In this document: positions 32,445-51,798 of the stretch, one piece after another | How positions within the stretch are numbered: position 1 is the first letter of the stretch | Layout: each line of letters begins with the position of its first letter | From: the human T2T-CHM13v2.0 reference genome, Homo sapiens | Direction: 5' to 3' (one strand) | Length of the DNA stretch: 64,000 bases | NCBI RefSeq assembly: GCF_009914755.1 | Contig: NC_060929.1 | Translations under genes and position numbers: made by a program | The notes under the pieces: generated by a model | Told to the model about the DNA's origin: nothing | The model's input: only the letters and a program-made list of their open reading frames with translations | Database searches by the model: none

Positions 32445-32790
32445 TTAATTTATTTACTACTGCAGCTCCAGTATGTAGAGCAGTACTTGGCACAAATGGT
32501 ACCTCAGTAAATATTTGCTGAGTGAATGAATGAATGAACCAACATGGATAATGTTTCTATGTTACACAAAAGTAATAATAATCATGATATGTGACAGGGC
32601 TTACTCTGTGCTAAGTAGTTTATATGCATTATCTCACATGATGCAGTAATCCTATGAGGTAGCCACTACTGTTATCCTCATTTTACAGATGTGTAAACTT
32701 AGGCTTAGAGAGAGATTAAGTCCCAAAGCACATGGGTAGCACTGGGTTTCTAACCCAGGTCTAGCTGATGTCAAGACTGTTTTCCTAATA
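32445..32790. mobile_element. L2 3' end (+) followed by MIR (-)
   Basis: CTCAGTAAATATTTGCTGAGTGAATGAATGAATGAA; CCTATGAGGTAG..CTCATTTTACAGATG. Confidence 0.7.
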
Positions 32791-32855
32791 GTATGTATCA
32801 CTGACTCCCTGTGAATATTTTCAGAAACAGCATTTAAAATGATTTCATACTATCC

Positions 32856-33004
32856 TTTAATTTAATTTTTAACTTATTTAAATAAATAGAGATAAGGTCT
32901 GTCTATGTTGCCCAGGATGGTCTCCAACTCCTGGCCTCAAGCAATCGTCCTACCTCCGCTTCCTAAAGTGCTGGAATGACAGGTGTGAGCCACCATGCCC
33001 ACCC
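32856..33004 (-). mobile_element. Alu left monomer (FLAM)
   Basis: Single antisense monomer. Confidence 0.85.
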
Positions 33005-33182
33005 CTTGCTATTCTTCAATCACTGCAAATTTAGATTACTTTCTGGTTTTATTTTTTATTGCCATAAATAATTCTGCAATAAACAACTTGATGCATAACC
33101 CAACTCCATATTTAAGGGTTACTCATTAGCAAAAATTCCCCAGAAAGTGAATTACTAGTTCAATTGGTACAAACATTTCTAA

Positions 33183-33494
<312 letters not shown>

Positions 33495-33579
33495 AAAGCT
33501 TTTGAGGTGTGTTTTTCCACTCAACTTTGTTTAGTTTAGCTTTTACATATGGAAATTTAGATGTACTAAATCCACCACC

Positions 33580-33904
<325 letters not shown>

Positions 33905-35221
33905 TCAATATTATTCACTGTTTCCTGATTTGAAGTACTTTACCCTTCTACAGAAGTTAATAATTCTATTTTCTAGTGGTTGTACAGTTTGCTTTTAAAT
34001 TATTCAATGCGTTAGTTCTTCAGCACACCCTTTGGGGGATGCACTGAAGAGAAGCCCCATTTACACTTCCAAGCCCCCCCAGCAACTGTTTCCTCTGGGC
34101 AGGGGGAGAGATGAAAGAGAATGCAAAATACTGAGTGTGAAATAGGGAGGCCGATGTCTTCCTAAATTACAGGGGAATGATTGCCCGTTCTTCTCCACAT
34201 TAATGACTTTCTCTCAAAGTCTTCCACTTCTTCTTAGAAGCTTCCACAATGTACTGGTTGACTTGAAGTTAAGGCAGAATTCTCCTAATGGGAATTAGCC
34301 TAAGAAACTTCTTGAAAAACTCAAAGGATGCAAAAATTCTCAAAGTGGAATATTAAAAACATGTCAAATTGGAGATGAGGGTGTCACTGGGCATATCTGT
34401 GTTTGCTGAGTTGGCTTTGGGCGAGTGTGGTGGCAGAGTCAAGGTGGGGATGGAAGCAGGGGCTCAGGTGGATAAAAACAATCCACCCCTTCCCGGCAAA
34501 AAAGCCATCAGGAGTTTCTGGGGATAAGGAAGGGCCTTGCAAGTGAAGAGGCCTCTGGCGGTTCTTGAGGGCATGTGTGAACTCCTGGCTGAGGGGAGAG
34601 TTGGCAGTGTATTAGGCCTTATACAGTTGTATGTGTTGTGCCCTGCACAAGGGCACCTGGCCCGGGGAACCAGTGAGGCTGAAATCCACCCCATGCCCTC
34701 CAGCTAGAGGAGGACAGAGCACCTTCTTCCAGTTTCCTTGAAGGCACCCTGTGGGCCAACAGCTGTCTGGACTGTACAGACAGTGAGATGGAGAAGGAGC
34801 ACTGCCCAGGAGCCAGGGGGGCCAGGCCCTAACTCCAACTCTCCCACAGCCCTCCAGATTGCAATGGTCCCAACCCAGCTCTGATGCTGAGCCCGCTCTC
34901 AGAGTCCACAGCAGCTCTGGCAGCACCCACAGTGGGCTAGGCCTGGGCTACAGTGAAGAAGGCGCCTTGGGATGCTTCTGCAGGTTAGGGCAACCAGACT
35001 AACCAACGTTCTTCAAACAAAAGACTGCTACAGAGTCACTTGCATTTTGGTTTGGGGCCAGAGCTTCTTCCATTGCCTTTTCCTTTCAGGCAGTGCCCTT
35101 CTGTGAGCTTGATCATTTGTGAGAACCTTGTTGAGTGAGTCAGCCAGTCCCCTTGCTCAATACCTGGATGTGACACCATCTGTTCCATATCTCTCTTCTT
35201 ACAGATATTAAATGATGTTAA

Positions 35222-35622
<401 letters not shown>

Positions 35623-35947
35623 TGAAGGAATCTGAGCAACAGCGGGTACAAGCAAGAAGGACTCTCTGACCTTCCCCTGAAGCAGGTCATAACCCCTCAT
35701 TTGAAAGGCGCCCTCCCTCCACCAGCGGGAAAGGAAGATGCATCTTCTTACCTCTGAAGACAAAGAGAAATCTGAAGGGTCAAGCTTTCCTGGTTTTGCC
35801 CAGTTTGCTACTCTGATTGACCTCATTCTCTTTTGTCCTGTCACCTTTTCCCACAACTCTCCACTCTTCATTAAACCTGGTACAAAACGCAGGTTTAACT
35901 GTCTTCAGGTCTTCATTTCTCTATGAAGCCTCTTGTGTTATGTAAAA

Positions 35948-36194
35948 CTTTTTTTTTTGAGACAAGGTCTCACTCTGTCACCCAGGCTGGAATGCAGTAG
36001 CTTGATCTTGGCTCACTGCAGCCTCGACCTTGCAGGTTCAAGCAATCCTCCCATGCTACCACGCCTGGCTAATTTTTGTATTTTTTTGTAGAGGCAAAGG
36101 TCTCTCCATGTTGTCCAGGCTGGTCTCGAACTCCTGGGCTCAAGTGATCCTCCCAAAGTGCTGGGATCACAGGCATGAGTCACCGTGCTCAACC
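35948..36194 (-). mobile_element. AluJ with internal deletions
   Basis: Shortened antisense Alu; TSD AAAACTT. Confidence 0.9.
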
Positions 36195-36446
36195 AAAACT
36201 TATATTAAATAAGTTTGCATGCTTTTCTCTTGTTAAGCTGTCTTTTGTTATGGGTCCCTGCTGAGAACCTAGAAGGTTAAAAGGAAAGATGCTTCTCCCT
36301 CCCCTATTCAGTCCACTTCCTGAGCACTGCCATGGGCCAGGCGCTGTGCTAGGTGCTCTACACACATGCTCATTTAGCCCCGACACCATGCTGTGGGGAG
36401 CTACTGTTGCTCCCCCAACTTTGCAAAGTTAAGAAGCAGAAGCCCT

Positions 36447-36801
<355 letters not shown>

Positions 36802-38021
36802 TCAGATCAGACTGACTCCAAATCCAGGCCCTGCTAACACCACTTTCTTTTTAAATGAGGAAAATGAAGCATGGAGTGGCCATGCCACTCGCCTGGTCAC
36901 CCAGCAAGTCAGCAAAAAGATGGCTTTCAGTTCCTTCTGAAAAGCCCTCCATTCTACAAACAACCCCCTTCCAACCCGCACCCACCATGCCTGGGGATAC
37001 TCTGCATTTTGTCAGTTTGCTGTGGGTCAATGGACCCATTGCCCAACCCTCCATCATTGTCTAGGGCTCCTGTGAGCCGTGCCAGGGGCAGGCGCCAGGA
37101 AGGAGGATCCTGCAGGAGGAAGCACTGAGCGCAGCCTGCATGGAGTCAGACCCGGAGGACCTCACCCCAGGGCAGCTGCTCTGGGAGGAAGCCTGGGGGG
37201 AAACAGAACAGGTTATGGACACCCCATCCTGTCCCCCTCAGCCCCATTCCGGGCCATTCCACATTGCATGGGTGGGACTTTCTCTCCAGCCTCCACTTTG
37301 CTGGGCAACTTAGTTAGCATCTCTGTGCTACCCAGTCAGGGCAGCCCACCCATACGGCAGTCAACCAGCGCCTGCCTTCACCTAGGGAAGATGCCTTTTT
37401 CCCTAAACCACAAGTCAACAAGTCAGAAACAGGGCTTCTTTCCATTCTCTATCTTTATGGTGGATTCCTCCCAGAGCTGGCATTTACTCCTACTCATTAA
37501 AAATGCAAAGAACCAAGTACAGCAACAGAGAAGTCTTACGTTATGACTTCCTGTGGGTTACAGGCCAGAGGAGGGAACAATCAGCTCCTTTGTTGTGCGA
37601 GTTGCTGTTTGTCACTGACAATGGCATTCTTAAGGAATTATGATATTAAGGATTTAATAACCATTTGGTATAAGCAGTAAAACATTTCAATTATGGCGTT
37701 TCTGGAAAGTACTGTCCTCATCTGTTGCAAGAATTTACAAAGTGTCTTTTAATTAAGTCGGTTCTAAATGAGACACCTTCTCAGTGTGGTAATTTTTTGA
37801 ATGAAACTGCCCTGAAGTACTAATTAGTTTGTTTTTAATGCTTGATTTACTCTGCCAGCATGGTGGCTAGGGCGGGGCTGCCCTGCTGGAACTGGATGAA
37901 TCTCCAGCAGGCAGGAACAAGGTGCAGCGGCTCAGGGCTCTCCTGGCTGGAGAAATGGAGGTAGTTCATTTCACCCTGGCAAGCTTCTAGACTCTCCCTG
38001 TTGAGAACTGACCATAGTCTG

Positions 38022-38431
<410 letters not shown>

Positions 38432-38895
38432 TAACCTGACGAACCACTTACCACAGGAAGCGGCGACTGAGCTGCCTGGGAATGTGGTTACTGCCCCATT
38501 GCTAGAGGTGGCGAGCAGAGGGCATTTGGGCATCAGGTAGGCAAGTGGGCTAGGTGACCTCAGAGGTCCGTCCCCACCCAGTGTAACTCTGGTCGTTCCT
38601 TTATTGTTCAGTCATATGTCGATCACCAGACATTGATTGAGTCCCCTCTCTGTGCACATAAACGGAAAGCAAAGAAGGCAGGATGGCTGCCCTGGTGGTG
38701 CCCACAGCTCAGCTGCATGGGGTGGGGATGCTGGATAGACAGAGTGGGAAGCAGCCACAAAGGAGACAGGCTGGCAGCTCTGGGAGATGGGGCAGGTGGC
38801 CCCCAGGAAGCCACAGGGGTGGGGTGTAGGGTGGATATGGGATGTCTGTTTCTTAGGAATGGCAGTTGGACCCCGCTGTGGTGGCTATGGGGTGA

Positions 38896-39392
<497 letters not shown>

Positions 39393-39569
39393 TAAACTAT
39401 ATAGATTAAAAAGTGAAAGTCTCCCATTATCTCAATTGTTATCAGCCCCTTCCAGAGACAAGCACCATTAACATCCTTCCAGACCTTTCCTATGGGCGTG
39501 CAAGCACACATGCATTCACACACAGAGAGAACTTGCTTACCTAAATAGATCATATTAAATCCAGAGATT

Positions 39570-39877
<308 letters not shown>

Positions 39878-40046
39878 GATCTAGGGGTCTGTGATTTATT
39901 TTTACCTTACAAGATATGATTTTTGCATAAATCAGTACATAAAGATGTGCAGCTATGTGTAGCCTAGTGTGTACATCACTGTATTGATGAACATTAAGGC
40001 TGTTGCCTTTTTTACTTTTTTACAATTGCCAACAAAGCTGCACTGA

Positions 40047-40217
40047 ATTTTTTTTTTTTTTTTTTTTTTTGAGACAGGGTTTATCTCTGTTGCCCAGGTT
40101 GGAGTACAGTGGTGCGATCATGGCTCACTGCAGCCTTCACCTCCTGGGCTCAAGTGATCCTCTAGCCTCGGCCTCCCGAAGTGCTGGGATTACAGGCATG
40201 AGCCACTGCACCAGCCC
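40047..40217 (-). mobile_element. Monomeric Alu (FAM/FRAM-like or arm-to-arm deletion)
   Basis: About 170 bp joining right-arm end to left-arm start. Confidence 0.85.
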
Positions 40218-40297
40218 CAGTGAACATTCTTGAACATAACTTTTTGTGTTTTGTGTTATTCTTGGGATTGCAAAATGTTTTTGTATTATTGTGTAAG

Positions 40298-40602
<305 letters not shown>

Positions 40603-40800
40603 AAGATTTTCTATATGAAGTGTTCTCAGAAGTTTACTGCTGAGTCTAAAGTATATGTGTCTTTTGGCTGGGCACAGTGGCTCACACCTATAATTCCAGC
40701 ACTTTAGGAGGCCGACGCAGGTGGATCACCTGACATCAGGAGTTCGAGACCAGCCTGACCAACATGGTAAAACCCTGTCTCTACTAAAAATATAAAATTA

Positions 40801-41342
<542 letters not shown>

Positions 41343-41474
41343 TTAACAGGTACTGCCAAATGGCCCTTCAGAACAGTCTTGACCCCCTTGCCCCTGCCAC
41401 ATTGCAGTACCCATTTCCCTACATTCGCTTCAACACTGGATATTTTTAGTCCTTTAAATTTTTTGCCAGTCTGA

Positions 41475-41805
<331 letters not shown>

Positions 41806-41927
41806 TGCTTCTCACTATTTTGACTTCTGTCCTTGTTTTGTAAGCTGATGATGATAAAAAGGCTGAGTGAGTGGCCAGCGGACCCAGGTCAGCAGCCGGG
41901 CTGTCCCTGGCCAGCCAGGGACTCTGA

Positions 41928-42233
41928 CTTTTGTTTTTTGTTTTTTTTTTGAGACGGAGTCTCACTCTGTCGCCCAGGCTGGAGTGAAGTGGTGCAATCT
42001 CGGCTCACTGGAAGCTCCGCCTCCTGAGTTCACGCCATTCTTCTGCCTCAGCCTCCCAAGTAGCTGGGACTACAGGCACCCGCCACCACACCCGGCTAAT
42101 TTTTTTTGTATTTTTAGTAGAGAAGGGGTTTCACCGTGTTAACCAGGACGGTCTCAATCTCCTGACCTCATGATCCACCTGCCTTGGCCTCCCAAAGTGC
42201 TGGGATTACAGACGTGAGCCACCGCACCCGGCC
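41928..42233 (-). mobile_element. AluY
   Basis: TSD GGACTCTGACT. Confidence 0.95.
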
Positions 42234-44488
42234 CAAGGACTCTGACTCTTAAGGCCACCTGAGAGACCTTAGGCAGACCATGCATTGCACCAGCCTTGAT
42301 CATGCAAACTGCATTCTAATCAGGGCCAGATAGGGAACAGAGCAAAGATGGAGCCTATCATTCCCAGGGACTGAGGGGACCTGAGCAAGCAGGGCCTTCC
42401 TGAGGCAGAGGGTGTCTGAACCTGACACAGCAACGTGACCGGCACTCCAAGGCCTCTCCACAAGCCTCTCTGCAGGGAACTGCAGCCCCAGCAGACAGTC
42501 CCTGGCCCCACCTTGCCCTCTCCCCAGGAGCTGAGCCCAACTCCACCCAGCCATCAAGGGTGGGCTTTACAATAACCGCCTCCTCATGCCCGCGTGCCAA
42601 TGCAGAGGCTATGCACCCTGCATGCCAGCAGAACAGGCAAGCCAGAGTGATTCAGCACTGCCTAGATTGTGGCTTGCCAACCCATGGTCGGCAACAGGCC
42701 ATGAGTCACAAATTACAGGCCTTCTGTCCTAGCAGGCTTTGCCAGCCTATGGGGTGGCAACGCTGGCAAGGAGCTCCAGAGCTCCAGGCTGAGGGCTGTA
42801 AGGAAAGAAAGGCCCAGACAGGAGCAGCAGACTGGGCACTCTTACAGCTTCCCTCCCCACCAGCCAACGTGAGGCTCCCAGGCTCCCAGGACACAGAGCC
42901 AAGGTACAGTTTCAGTGATGTGATCCCAGGAGAGAGGCTTGGACATGCTCTGACCCAGGGCTTCCTTGGCTCTAGACCAAGAGGAAGCGGCTGGCATCAG
43001 AGCCTAGCACACTTTCATTCTGCATCTTTCAAGTGAAACTATGGGAGAGCCTCCCACGTGCTGTAGGCAGTGGCCCCAGGGAAGTGGTCCTCTGCCCTCT
43101 AAGACATCCCCACACCCAGGGAGGGCCTGGAGCAGCCTTGTTCATAGGGCCAGGAAGCTAGAAGCCCGTCGCGCTGTTTCATGAGCTCCTACCAAACAGG
43201 AGCTGACCCCACAGGCCTCTGAGCATCAGCACACCCCCGAGCCATTTGGGCATCCTTGTCCATGACAACAGGGTTTCCAGAATTTTCAAGAGAACTGGGT
43301 CATTATTTTGTGCTAGTATAATGAAGCCAACCACACCCTATACCCCCCACCTCAATCCTGCCCCCAACAAAATTCCTTTCAGTTCAAGAACTGATTCTCA
43401 GCAACAGCAAACTTAAATGCTACCCAAATTTGATGTCTTGTTTGGGTTTCTTTGTTATACATGTTTGATTGTGTGGCTGAAGGTGACGCAGAGAGGCACA
43501 AACAGCAAGGAATGAGAGCCAAAGCCAGGCTTGGGCAGAGGCCCAGGGAGACTGTGTGTCTCCTTCAGGAGCAATCACACCCACCCCCAGGACTCTGAGC
43601 ATCTCTAAAATCCACAGGCCTTCTGCACCCTGCACGCCCTCCAGGGCTGTTCCACAGAGATCCTCTCCCACACCCCAGGGCCCCTGCTAGTGATGCTGGC
43701 CTCATCAAGTACATGGAACAAGCCAGATACAGACTCTAATGAGCACATGTTGGGCACAGTAAAGCCAAGAGTCAGAAACTGATCCTGATTTCAGCAGCTG
43801 GAAACTTTGTGCCATTTCTTAGGAACTAATAATAATAATACTGGTCACCACTGAGTGCAACTGTGCTCCAGCTACCACGTTGATGCGCTGCACGCACCTC
43901 ATCCCAGCCAGGGATCGACCACCCGTCCAATGCAGGTGTCTGCATCCCCAGCACCTGGCACAGTGCCTGGCACCAGGAAGGTGCTCAGGAAATATGAATG
44001 AATGAATAGTAAGGTCAGTACACATTAGGAAACCAAAAAGCTTCCTAGTCATTTCCAAACATTTCTTTTCCAATAATCGTGTTTCTTATTAGAGATATAT
44101 GATACACTTGTGAATAGACATATTTTGCCTTTTTTAAAATTTGGAAGCATTTCAAACACATTGAAAAGTACAGAAAATAATATGATAGCTCAAACCCTAT
44201 TTTAAAATATCAAAGAATTTATAACTGCAACATTCAGAATAGAGCTTGCTTGTAGGCTGGAAGACAAAGGATGGGGAAGGAGGATACAATAGTAAAATGG
44301 TCTTGGTAAAATTCTAGTTTTTAAGTTAGTTGTAAGGGTCATGAGGCTTATTTTGAAATTATACCTATAAATCATATATATGTTGCACATATCATTCTAT
44401 ATGTATTATGTATATTACATGGAAACATTCAACAAATGAAAACGATATAGTAGACATACTTGTGCTTTATTTGTTGCAGATCTCCTCC

Positions 44489-44784
44489 TCTTCTTCTTCT
44501 TTTTTTTTTTTTTTGAGACAGGGTCTCACCCTGTCACCCAGGCTGGAGTGCAATGGTGCGATCAGCTCACTGCAACCTCCAGCCAGGTTCCAGCAATTCT
44601 CCCACCTCAGCTTCCCGAGTAGCTGGGATTGCAGGCACACACCACCACACCTGACTCATTTTTTGTATTTTTAGTAGAGACAGGGTTTCACCATATTGGT
44701 CTCGAACTCCTGACCTCAAGTGATCTGCCCACCTCGGCCTCCCAAAGTGCTGGGATTACAGACATGAGCCACCACATCTAGCCT
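44489..44784 (-). mobile_element. AluS
   Basis: Antisense Alu. Confidence 0.93.
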
Positions 44785-44990
44785 CCTTTTTTTTTTTTTT
44801 TTTCTTTTTAAAGAAGCAAACTATACCTATGGCTAAAGCCCCATCCTCCATCCTGTTCTTCCTGTTCCTCATCTTCCCTCCTGGATATAATTGTTAAATA
44901 TTTTTATTTCACATTTGTATACTGACTTTATATCCAGCCACCTAACTAAACTGTTCTTAGTTCAAACAGCTCACTTGTAAAGTCCCTGAA

Positions 44991-45304
<314 letters not shown>

Positions 45305-45581
45305 TGAAGACAATCATGTCTTCTTACACATAAAGTTGCAATTTTTTCTTCCATTGTAATTTTTATTCTTTGAATTTCTTTTTCTCATCTTACTATGCTA
45401 GCTAAAACATCTAGCACAATGTTGAGTGGTATCAGTGGTAGCAGGTAGATTTTCCTCATGTCAGATTTTAACGGAAATGCTTAAAATATTTTGCCATCAA
45501 GGATATTGTTTGCTGTAGGTATTTAGTAGATACCCTTTCTCAGGTTTGGGAAGTTCCCTTCAATTCTGGATTGGTCAAGAA

Positions 45582-45903
45582 TTGTTTTTTGGGTTTTTTT
45601 GGTTTTGTTTTTTTTGAGACAGAGTCTTGCTCTGTCGTCCAGGCTGGAGTGCAGTGGTATGATCTTGGCTCACTGCAGCCTCTGCCTCCCAGGTTCCTGG
45701 GTTCAAGCGATTCTCCTGCCTCAGCCTCCTGAGTAGCTGGGACTACAGCAGCCCACCACCATGCCCGGCTAATTTTGGTATTTTTAGTAGAGATGGGGTT
45801 TCACTATGTTGGCTAGGATGGTCTTGATCTCCTGACCTTGTGATCCACCTGCCTCAGCCTCCCAAAGTGCTGGGATTACAGGCTTGAGCCACTTTGCCTG
45901 GCT
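45582..45903 (-). mobile_element. AluSc-like
   Basis: TSD TGGTCAAGA; small internal duplication. Confidence 0.93.
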
Positions 45904-46219
45904 GGTCAAGAGTTTTTACAAGGAGTGATACGGAATTTTTATCAAATGCTTTTTCTACTTGCATCTGTTGAGATGATTATATGATTGTTCTTCTTTACTT
46001 CATTAATTTGGCAAATTACTTTAGGTTTTCTAATTTTAAACTGTCCTTGTATCCCTGGTGTGTGTATCTATATACAGTTTGCTAATACATTTAGGAAGTT
46101 TGCCTTTCTCTTCACAAATGAGATTGCCTATAATATTCTCATATTGCCCTTGACCAAACAAGATTATACTAACCTCATAAAGTTAATTAAGAAGCATTCT
46201 TTCTTTTCCAATTTTCTGA

Positions 46220-46546
<327 letters not shown>

Positions 46547-47433
46547 GAATTTTCTGAAACAGTTTAAATAAGAGAGGGATATCTGTTCCTTGAATAATTT
46601 GGCAAAAATCACCCATAAAATTACCTAGGCCTATAGTTTCCCAGTATGTTGGAAAGTTGTTGCTTTTTTAAAATAAACTTTTAGTTCTGGAATAATTTTA
46701 GACTTACAAAAAAGTTTCAAAGATGGTGAACAGAGTTTCCCTATATCTGTCATCTAGTTTCCCCTCAAGTTAATATATGAATATATAACCATGGTATATT
46801 TGTCTAAATAAGAAATTAACATTGATATATTACTATTAACTAAACTCCAGTCTTTGTTTGGATTTCACCACCACCATTAGTTTTCCCACTAATGTCCTTT
46901 CTCCGTTCCAACATCCAGTGTGGACTACCACAATGTATTTAGGGAGGGTTGATTTATATGTTTACTTAACAGTCTTGGTTGATTGTTATAGTAACAGCCT
47001 CCCTACCCCCATCCCTGTCTCTATCCCTGTATCCTTACCTATGTATAATCCCTCCCACATTGATTCAGTGATTTGCTTTGGCCAAGATTTGTTATAATTT
47101 GGCCAATGAGACATTAGCAAGTGTGATACAAGCAGAGGCTTGAAAAACACTTGTGCACTGGGGCTTGCTGTATTTTGCTGCTTGCTGGGAATCCTTCTGC
47201 TAACACAAGAAGTCTGGAATAACCTGACGGAGACATGTGACTCAGCTGACAGCCAGCACCAACTGCTAGACACGTGAGGGAGGGCATCCTGGATTGTCCA
47301 GAGCCAGAAGAGCTGCCAGATGGTGGTCACTGCCAGAGTGTCCCTAGGTAAGACCAGCAGAAGAACTGTCCAGATGTGCCTGGCCTGAACTGCTAACCAC
47401 AGAATCATGAGCAAATAAAATGATTGTTGTCTA

Positions 47434-47899
<466 letters not shown>

Positions 47900-47908
47900 G
47901 ACTGATTA

Positions 47909-48222
47909 TTGTTTTTTTGTTTTTTGGGGTTTTTTTTTGAGAGAGAGAGAGTCTTATTCTGTCACCCAGGCTGGAGTGCAGTAGTGCAATCTTGGCTCAC
48001 TGCAACCTCCGCCTCCTGGTGCAAGCAATTTTCATGTCTCAACCTCCCGAGTAGCTGGGATTACAGGCATTTGCCACTGCACCTGGCTAATTTTTGTATT
48101 TTAGTAGAGATGGGGTTTCACCATGTTGGCCAGGCTGGTCTCGAACTCCTGACCTCAGATGATCTGCCCACCTCGGCCTCCCAAAGTGCTGGGATTACAA
48201 GTGTGAGCCGCTGGGCCTGGTC
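47909..48222 (-). mobile_element. AluSx-like
   Basis: TSD CTGATTATTGTTTT. Confidence 0.94.
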
Positions 48223-48333
48223 TGATTATTGTTTTAAGATACTATGTTTTGGGGGTGATTTGTTACTAAGCAATAGATAACTGATACAAGGGATATAGAA
48301 CTAACATAAAACTATTCAATTTTTCTGTAACTT

Positions 48334-48707
<374 letters not shown>

Positions 48708-48951
48708 TGAACTGGATACTCACCTTATTAATTTTTAGTCTTTTTCTTTCTCTAATGTATTCTTTAAAGGATATAAATTTCTCTCTAATCATTGTTCTAG
48801 CTGATTCCAAAAAAAATTTATATGATGTTTTAATGATCTTCACTTCCAAATGTTTTGTAATTTTCTCTGTGGTTTCCTCTTTTCCCTATGAATTATTTAG
48901 ACACACATCCAAATATAATGGGATTATTTTGGCTATCTCTTTGGTTTTAAT

Positions 48952-49260
48952 TTTAATTTTTTTTTTTTTTTTTTTTTTGAGACAGAGTCTCACTCTACCA
49001 TTCAGGCTGGAGTGCAGTGGCACATCTTGGCTCACTGCAACCTCTGCCTCCTGGGTTCAAGTAATTCTCCTGCTTCAGCCTCCCGAGTAGCTGGGACTAC
49101 AAGCGTGCGCCACCACACCCAGCCAATTTTTGTATTTTTCGTAGAGACAGGGTTTTGCAATATTGGCCAGGCTGGTCTCAAACTCCTGGCCTCAAGTTAT
49201 CCACCTGTCTCAGCCTCTCAAAATGCTGGAATTATAGACATGAGCCACTGTGCCCTGCCT
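48952..49260 (-). mobile_element. AluS
   Basis: TSD CTCTTTGGTTTTAA. Confidence 0.93.
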
Positions 49261-49407
49261 CTTTGGTTTTAACTTCTAGTTTTATTTCATTAAGATGAGA
49301 TAATATAGTCAGTATGATAGCTATTCTTTGATATTTGTTAAAATTTGCTTTATGAATTAGTTCAGGGGTCATCAAACTTACTTTTTCTGTAAAGGGCCAG
49401 ATAGTAA

Positions 49408-49711
<304 letters not shown>

Positions 49712-49736
49712 GATAGTAAATATTTTTATCTACTTA

Positions 49737-49920
49737 TTTTTTTGAGACGGAGTCTCGCTCTGTTGCCCAGGCTGGAGAGTGCTGGCTAATTTTTGTATTT
49801 TTAGTAGAGATGGGGTTTCACCATACTGACCAGGCTGGTCTCAAACTCCTGACCTTGCGATCCACCCACCTCAGCCTCCCAAAGTGCTGAGATTACAGGC
49901 ATGAGCCACCATGCCCGGCC
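49737..49920 (-). mobile_element. Alu with large right-arm deletion
   Basis: GCTGGAGAGTG joined to CTGGCTAATTTT; TSD GATAGTAAATATTTTT. Confidence 0.9.
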
Positions 49921-50137
49921 GATAGTAAATATTTTTGACGTTTTACAGTCTCTGTTGTAACTATTCAACTCTGGTAGTAAGGTGTGAATGCAGCTATAGA
50001 CAATATATAACAAATGAGCATGTCTGTGTTTATTTTGTTTTGTTTTTGTTTTATTCTAGCCTGAAAATCACTGTCTTTTAAATAGTCTACTCCATTTACT
50101 TTTACTGTAATTTCTAACATAATTTATACCTGCTACA

Positions 50138-50610
50138 TGTGTTAGTATATTGGTTAGCTGCTTTTGCAGTGAAATCAAATTAAAAGTGGCTTAAACAAGA
50201 TGAAATTTTTAACTCTTACATAAAAGTCCTGGCTAGTGTGATAGCTCTTCTCCACAAAATTATCGGGGGCCCAGTCTCTTCCTTTCTTATTGCTCTGTCA
50301 TCTTCAATACACAGCTTCCATCTTTTGGTGTGAGATAGATGATGTAGCTCCTGTTATTACACCTGAATTCCAACCAATTAGAAGAGGAAAAGGAGAAAGA
50401 GAAGGGAATAGAAGAGAATTTCCCCGTTTAATGGCAACACAGAAATTGCAATGTCACTTCTGGTCACATACCACTGGCCAAATCTATCTGTAAGAGAGGC
50501 TGAGGGATGTATAATAGATTTTAAATCTGCTTGGCAAAAAATATCCATTCCCCTGCTAGAAAGGGAGAACAGATATCTAGGGTTAAGTAATAAATTTTGC
50601 CACATCTGCC
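50138..50610 (-). mobile_element. Ancient MLT1 (J/K/L-like) LTR
   Basis: AGTGGCTTAAACAAGAT..TGTCACTTCTGGTCACATACCACTGGCCA. Confidence 0.5.
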
Positions 50611-50617
50611 ATTCTAG

Positions 50618-51030
<413 letters not shown>

Positions 51031-51033
51031 TAG

Positions 51034-51082
51034 AAGTTACATATTCTAAAAAAAAAAAAAAAAAAAAAAAGTTATATATTCT
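51034..51082 (+). mobile_element. Solo poly(A) insertion with TSD
   Basis: AAGTTACATATTCT - A-run - AAGTTATATATTCT. Confidence 0.75.
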
Positions 51083-51170
51083 GTTTTTTATACTTTTAGT
51101 AGTTGTCTTTACATTTTTAACTTATAGAATTGTCTTAATAAAGTCCAAATATGAAATATTAATGCTACCT

Positions 51171-51240
51171 CAGAGGCAGATCCAGGTTTTATGGGATCTG
51201 AAGCTTATTCAATTTGGAAGCTCTCTTTTTTAAAAAAAGA
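51171..51240. mobile_element. MER53-like hAT fragment
   Basis: CAGAGGCAGATCCAGGTTTTATGGGATCTGAAGCTTAT.CAATTTGG. Confidence 0.55.
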
Positions 51241-51350
51241 AGAAGGAGGAGGAGAAGGAGAAGGGGAGGCGGTGAGGGGGAGGGGGAGGGCGAGGGAGGA
51301 GAGGGGGAGGGAGAGGGAGAGGGAGAAGGAGAGGGAGAAGGAGAAGGAGA
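51232..51350. repeat. Polypurine (GA-rich) tract
   Basis: About 119 bp with only 3 pyrimidines. Confidence 0.95.
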
Positions 51351-51450
51351 CAGAAATTACTCTTGCAGCTTATACTTCCCTAGCTTCATGATCAGTTCAC
51401 TTTCTGTTACACTCTCTTCCAAAACAACAAAAGAACCTTAGAATGCTTCA

Positions 51451-51798
<348 letters not shown>

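Noticed and set aside
51191-51441. GE- and RE-repeat ORFs
   Set aside because: Polypurine microsatellite translation.
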